From positions 1-64,000 of the forward strand of contig QPGO01000125.1 in assembly GCA_008632985.1 (NCBI GenBank): 64,000 nucleotides of DNA, written 5' to 3'. The notes below the pieces were generated by a model, which did no database searches, was not told where the DNA came from, and worked only from the letters and a program-made list of their open reading frames with translations. Source of the DNA: Psammoneis japonica (lineage: Eukaryota). The position numbers and the translations under genes are program-made. This document shows positions 62,222 to 64,000 of the stretch, one piece after another (the stretch's first letter is position 1; the number at the start of each line of letters is the position of its first letter).

Positions 62222-62538
62222 CTACGAATTGCAAGACAATTGCGCGATTCACGTGCCCGAAGGGTGATTAATTGTTGAAATTCGTGCTTCGCGCACGTAG
62301 AGCCTGTAGAAAATGTACCAGCCAGCCCGAAGCTCCGATTTGCGTAGATCACGTAGGAGAGTACCACAAGGTCATTTGATGAAATGACTGGGACGATTTA
62401 GACGACCAAAATGAAAATTTTGATACCACATCATACGTAGAATTGACATCTGCGCGAAGGGAGAATGTTGCTTCGGGCAACGATATTCCACCTTCGGGCA
62501 CGTGAATCGCGCAATTGTCTTGCAATATTTATTTGTAG
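62222..62538. mobile_element. Tc1/mariner-type MITE, copy 2
   Basis: TIR CTAC..ATTGCAAGACAATTGCGCGATTCACGTGCCCGAAGG (short insertion in the right TIR), flanked by TA on both sides, internally similar to 42257-42575. Confidence 0.8.
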
Positions 62539-62979
62539 TATGTACCGTGTCGCTCGAAACATAACAACGTAGCGCAGCGTACCAAGGCAGAAATGTGGTT
62601 CAAGACTTACAGTACGTACTTGTTCCGTTTCCTGGCTTTGGCTTTCCATCTGTCTGCTGCACCCTCTACTCTAGAGTTTTTTCCTTGCGTTCTATTCTCG
62701 TTCGTGAAAAGTCTAAACACGATTGCCAGCATATTTTTAGTTCGTACAAAGCACCGTTCCGCTCTAGTAGAGTTTTGCGTGAGTACAGCACTAGCCTACA
62801 AGAGTAACCGGTAACCGCAAAACATGGTAACTTATAAATTTAAATGTTAGTTACCTCATTATCTAGTAGAAATCTAAAAGGTCCGCTAAAATGCACTATG
62901 TTTCTGGCAGCAAGCATGGGGGTTCCAAACAGCACCAACTGCATTCGTCAAACAAAAGATGTTGTTTAGTCCACCATGC

Positions 62980-64000
62980 TTAGGATGAAGCAGCAGCGTG
63001 AGAAGGTCGACCAACAATACCGTCGTAGTCGCGACTGTAGTACGAACCAAGGTACTCGGCTACCAAGTTGGATTTACGAGACGGATTCTCGCCCATATCG
63101 TCGAGTAGCTGGTCGAAGTAGTGAATCTGGTGTAACAGAACCTGCGCGGAACGGGAGGAGGTGGCGGGCATCCAGGAGCGTGCAAACTCCTTGAACGCAT
63201 TCGCGTCACGGGCGAGTGATTCCTTGCAGAGGTCTGCCTTTGTTTCTCCAGCAAGGGTTCGCGCCAGCCATTCGGCCTGCAAACCAGAGCTCACACAGTT
63301 GAAGATGGTATACGTCTCGGCGCCCACAAAGGCAAGCCTATCAATGGACGGTGGCAAAATTCGTTTGTACAAATAGAGTCCGTCGTTTTGCACGTCCAAC
63401 GACTTGATGATTTGAGGTTGAAAGAACTTTCCATAGTCTTTGCCGAAACCAGTTGCAAAAATGACTTGATCGGCAACAATCTCATTGCCTTGAAAGCGCA
63501 CGCCGCTTTCCGTGAATGAATCAATCTCTCCAAGATTGACATTGACTTTTCCTGAGTTGCGTAGTTTCTTAAAGCTGTCGTCTTGTACCCCGCCATAGCC
63601 GTAAGAATCCTCAACAAGTCCGGTCCTGGGCCTCAAGTCACCCTTCAGTCCAAGCTGAAAGGCAAATAGCATCTCGACAAGTGCAAAAACGGCTCCCATG
63701 ATTCTTTTAAATAAGTAAGCACAAGACTTGCTTCCCGGAAAAACTCCTACCTTGGCTTCTACGAGTGCTTGGCCCAAGCGACTCATAAACACGTGTTGAA
63801 ACGGAATGACTCCTGCAATGTTCAGTGGCGTGGGCCAATGAGCGTGACGCTGAACGACAGAGACAGACTCGGCACCGGCATTTGCTGCACTCGTGGCGCA
63901 ATCTGTAGCACTCTTACAGCCTCCAATCACCACGACACGCTTTCCCTTGACAGCATCGGCATCCACGAATTCGCTGCTATGCACTACCAATCCAGAATAC
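62980..64000 (-). CDS. Flavin-containing monooxygenase, C-terminal part (5' end outside window)
   Basis: VVHSSEF, VVVIGGCKSATD, VIFATGF, LAFVG, QAEW. Confidence 0.88.
   Translation of the reverse strand, partial: YSGLVVHSSEFVDADAVKGKRVVVIGGCKSATDCATSAANAGAESVSVVQRHAHWPTPLNIAGVIPFQHVFMSRLGQALVEAKVGVFPGSKSCAYLFKRIMGAVFALVEMLFAFQLGLKGDLRPRTGLVEDSYGYGGVQDDSFKKLRNSGKVNVNLGEIDSFTESGVRFQGNEIVADQVIFATGFGKDYGKFFQPQIIKSLDVQNDGLYLYKRILPPSIDRLAFVGAETYTIFNCVSSGLQAEWLARTLAGETKADLCKESLARDANAFKEFARSWMPATSSRSAQVLLHQIHYFDQLLDDMGENPSRKSNLVAEYLGSYYSRDYDGIVGRPSHAAASS

Overview
Eukaryotic DNA, most likely from a diatom (short GT-AG introns, stramenopile-type Gypsy, LRR and Pro-rich secreted proteins, algal-type selenoprotein). 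Gene islands with normal dinucleotide usage (~24.7-46.2, ~51.8-60.1, >62.0 kb) alternate with repeat/pseudogene domains (~1-16.2, ~17.9-24.7, ~46.2-51.8, ~60.1-62.0 kb) that have lost almost all TpA. The main discovery is an apparent 'reverse-RIP' hypermutation process. Aligning the two 431-bp LTRs of one Gypsy element by hand, 24 of 26 TpA sites in one LTR are TpG (12) or CpA (12) in the other. Conserved Tyr residues of RT, RNase H and transposase have become Cys/His, which fixes the direction as A->G at TpA on both strands, after insertion. The affected domains hold an 8.1-kb Sola-like DNA transposon with cargo, a Gypsy element with three nested insertions, a Copia remnant and several decayed host-gene copies. 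Host genes: a Pro/Thr-rich secreted protein, a giant 7-module LRR surface protein, a secreted Lys/Ser-rich protein, Sec23/24-like, class-3 lipase, a PDI/thioredoxin-like selenoprotein with a GUGUU motif and SECIS candidate, an F-box/MORN protein, eIF5A, a ferric reductase and a partial FMO. Several genes carry 1-bp deletions, mostly in homopolymers, that are probably assembly errors.
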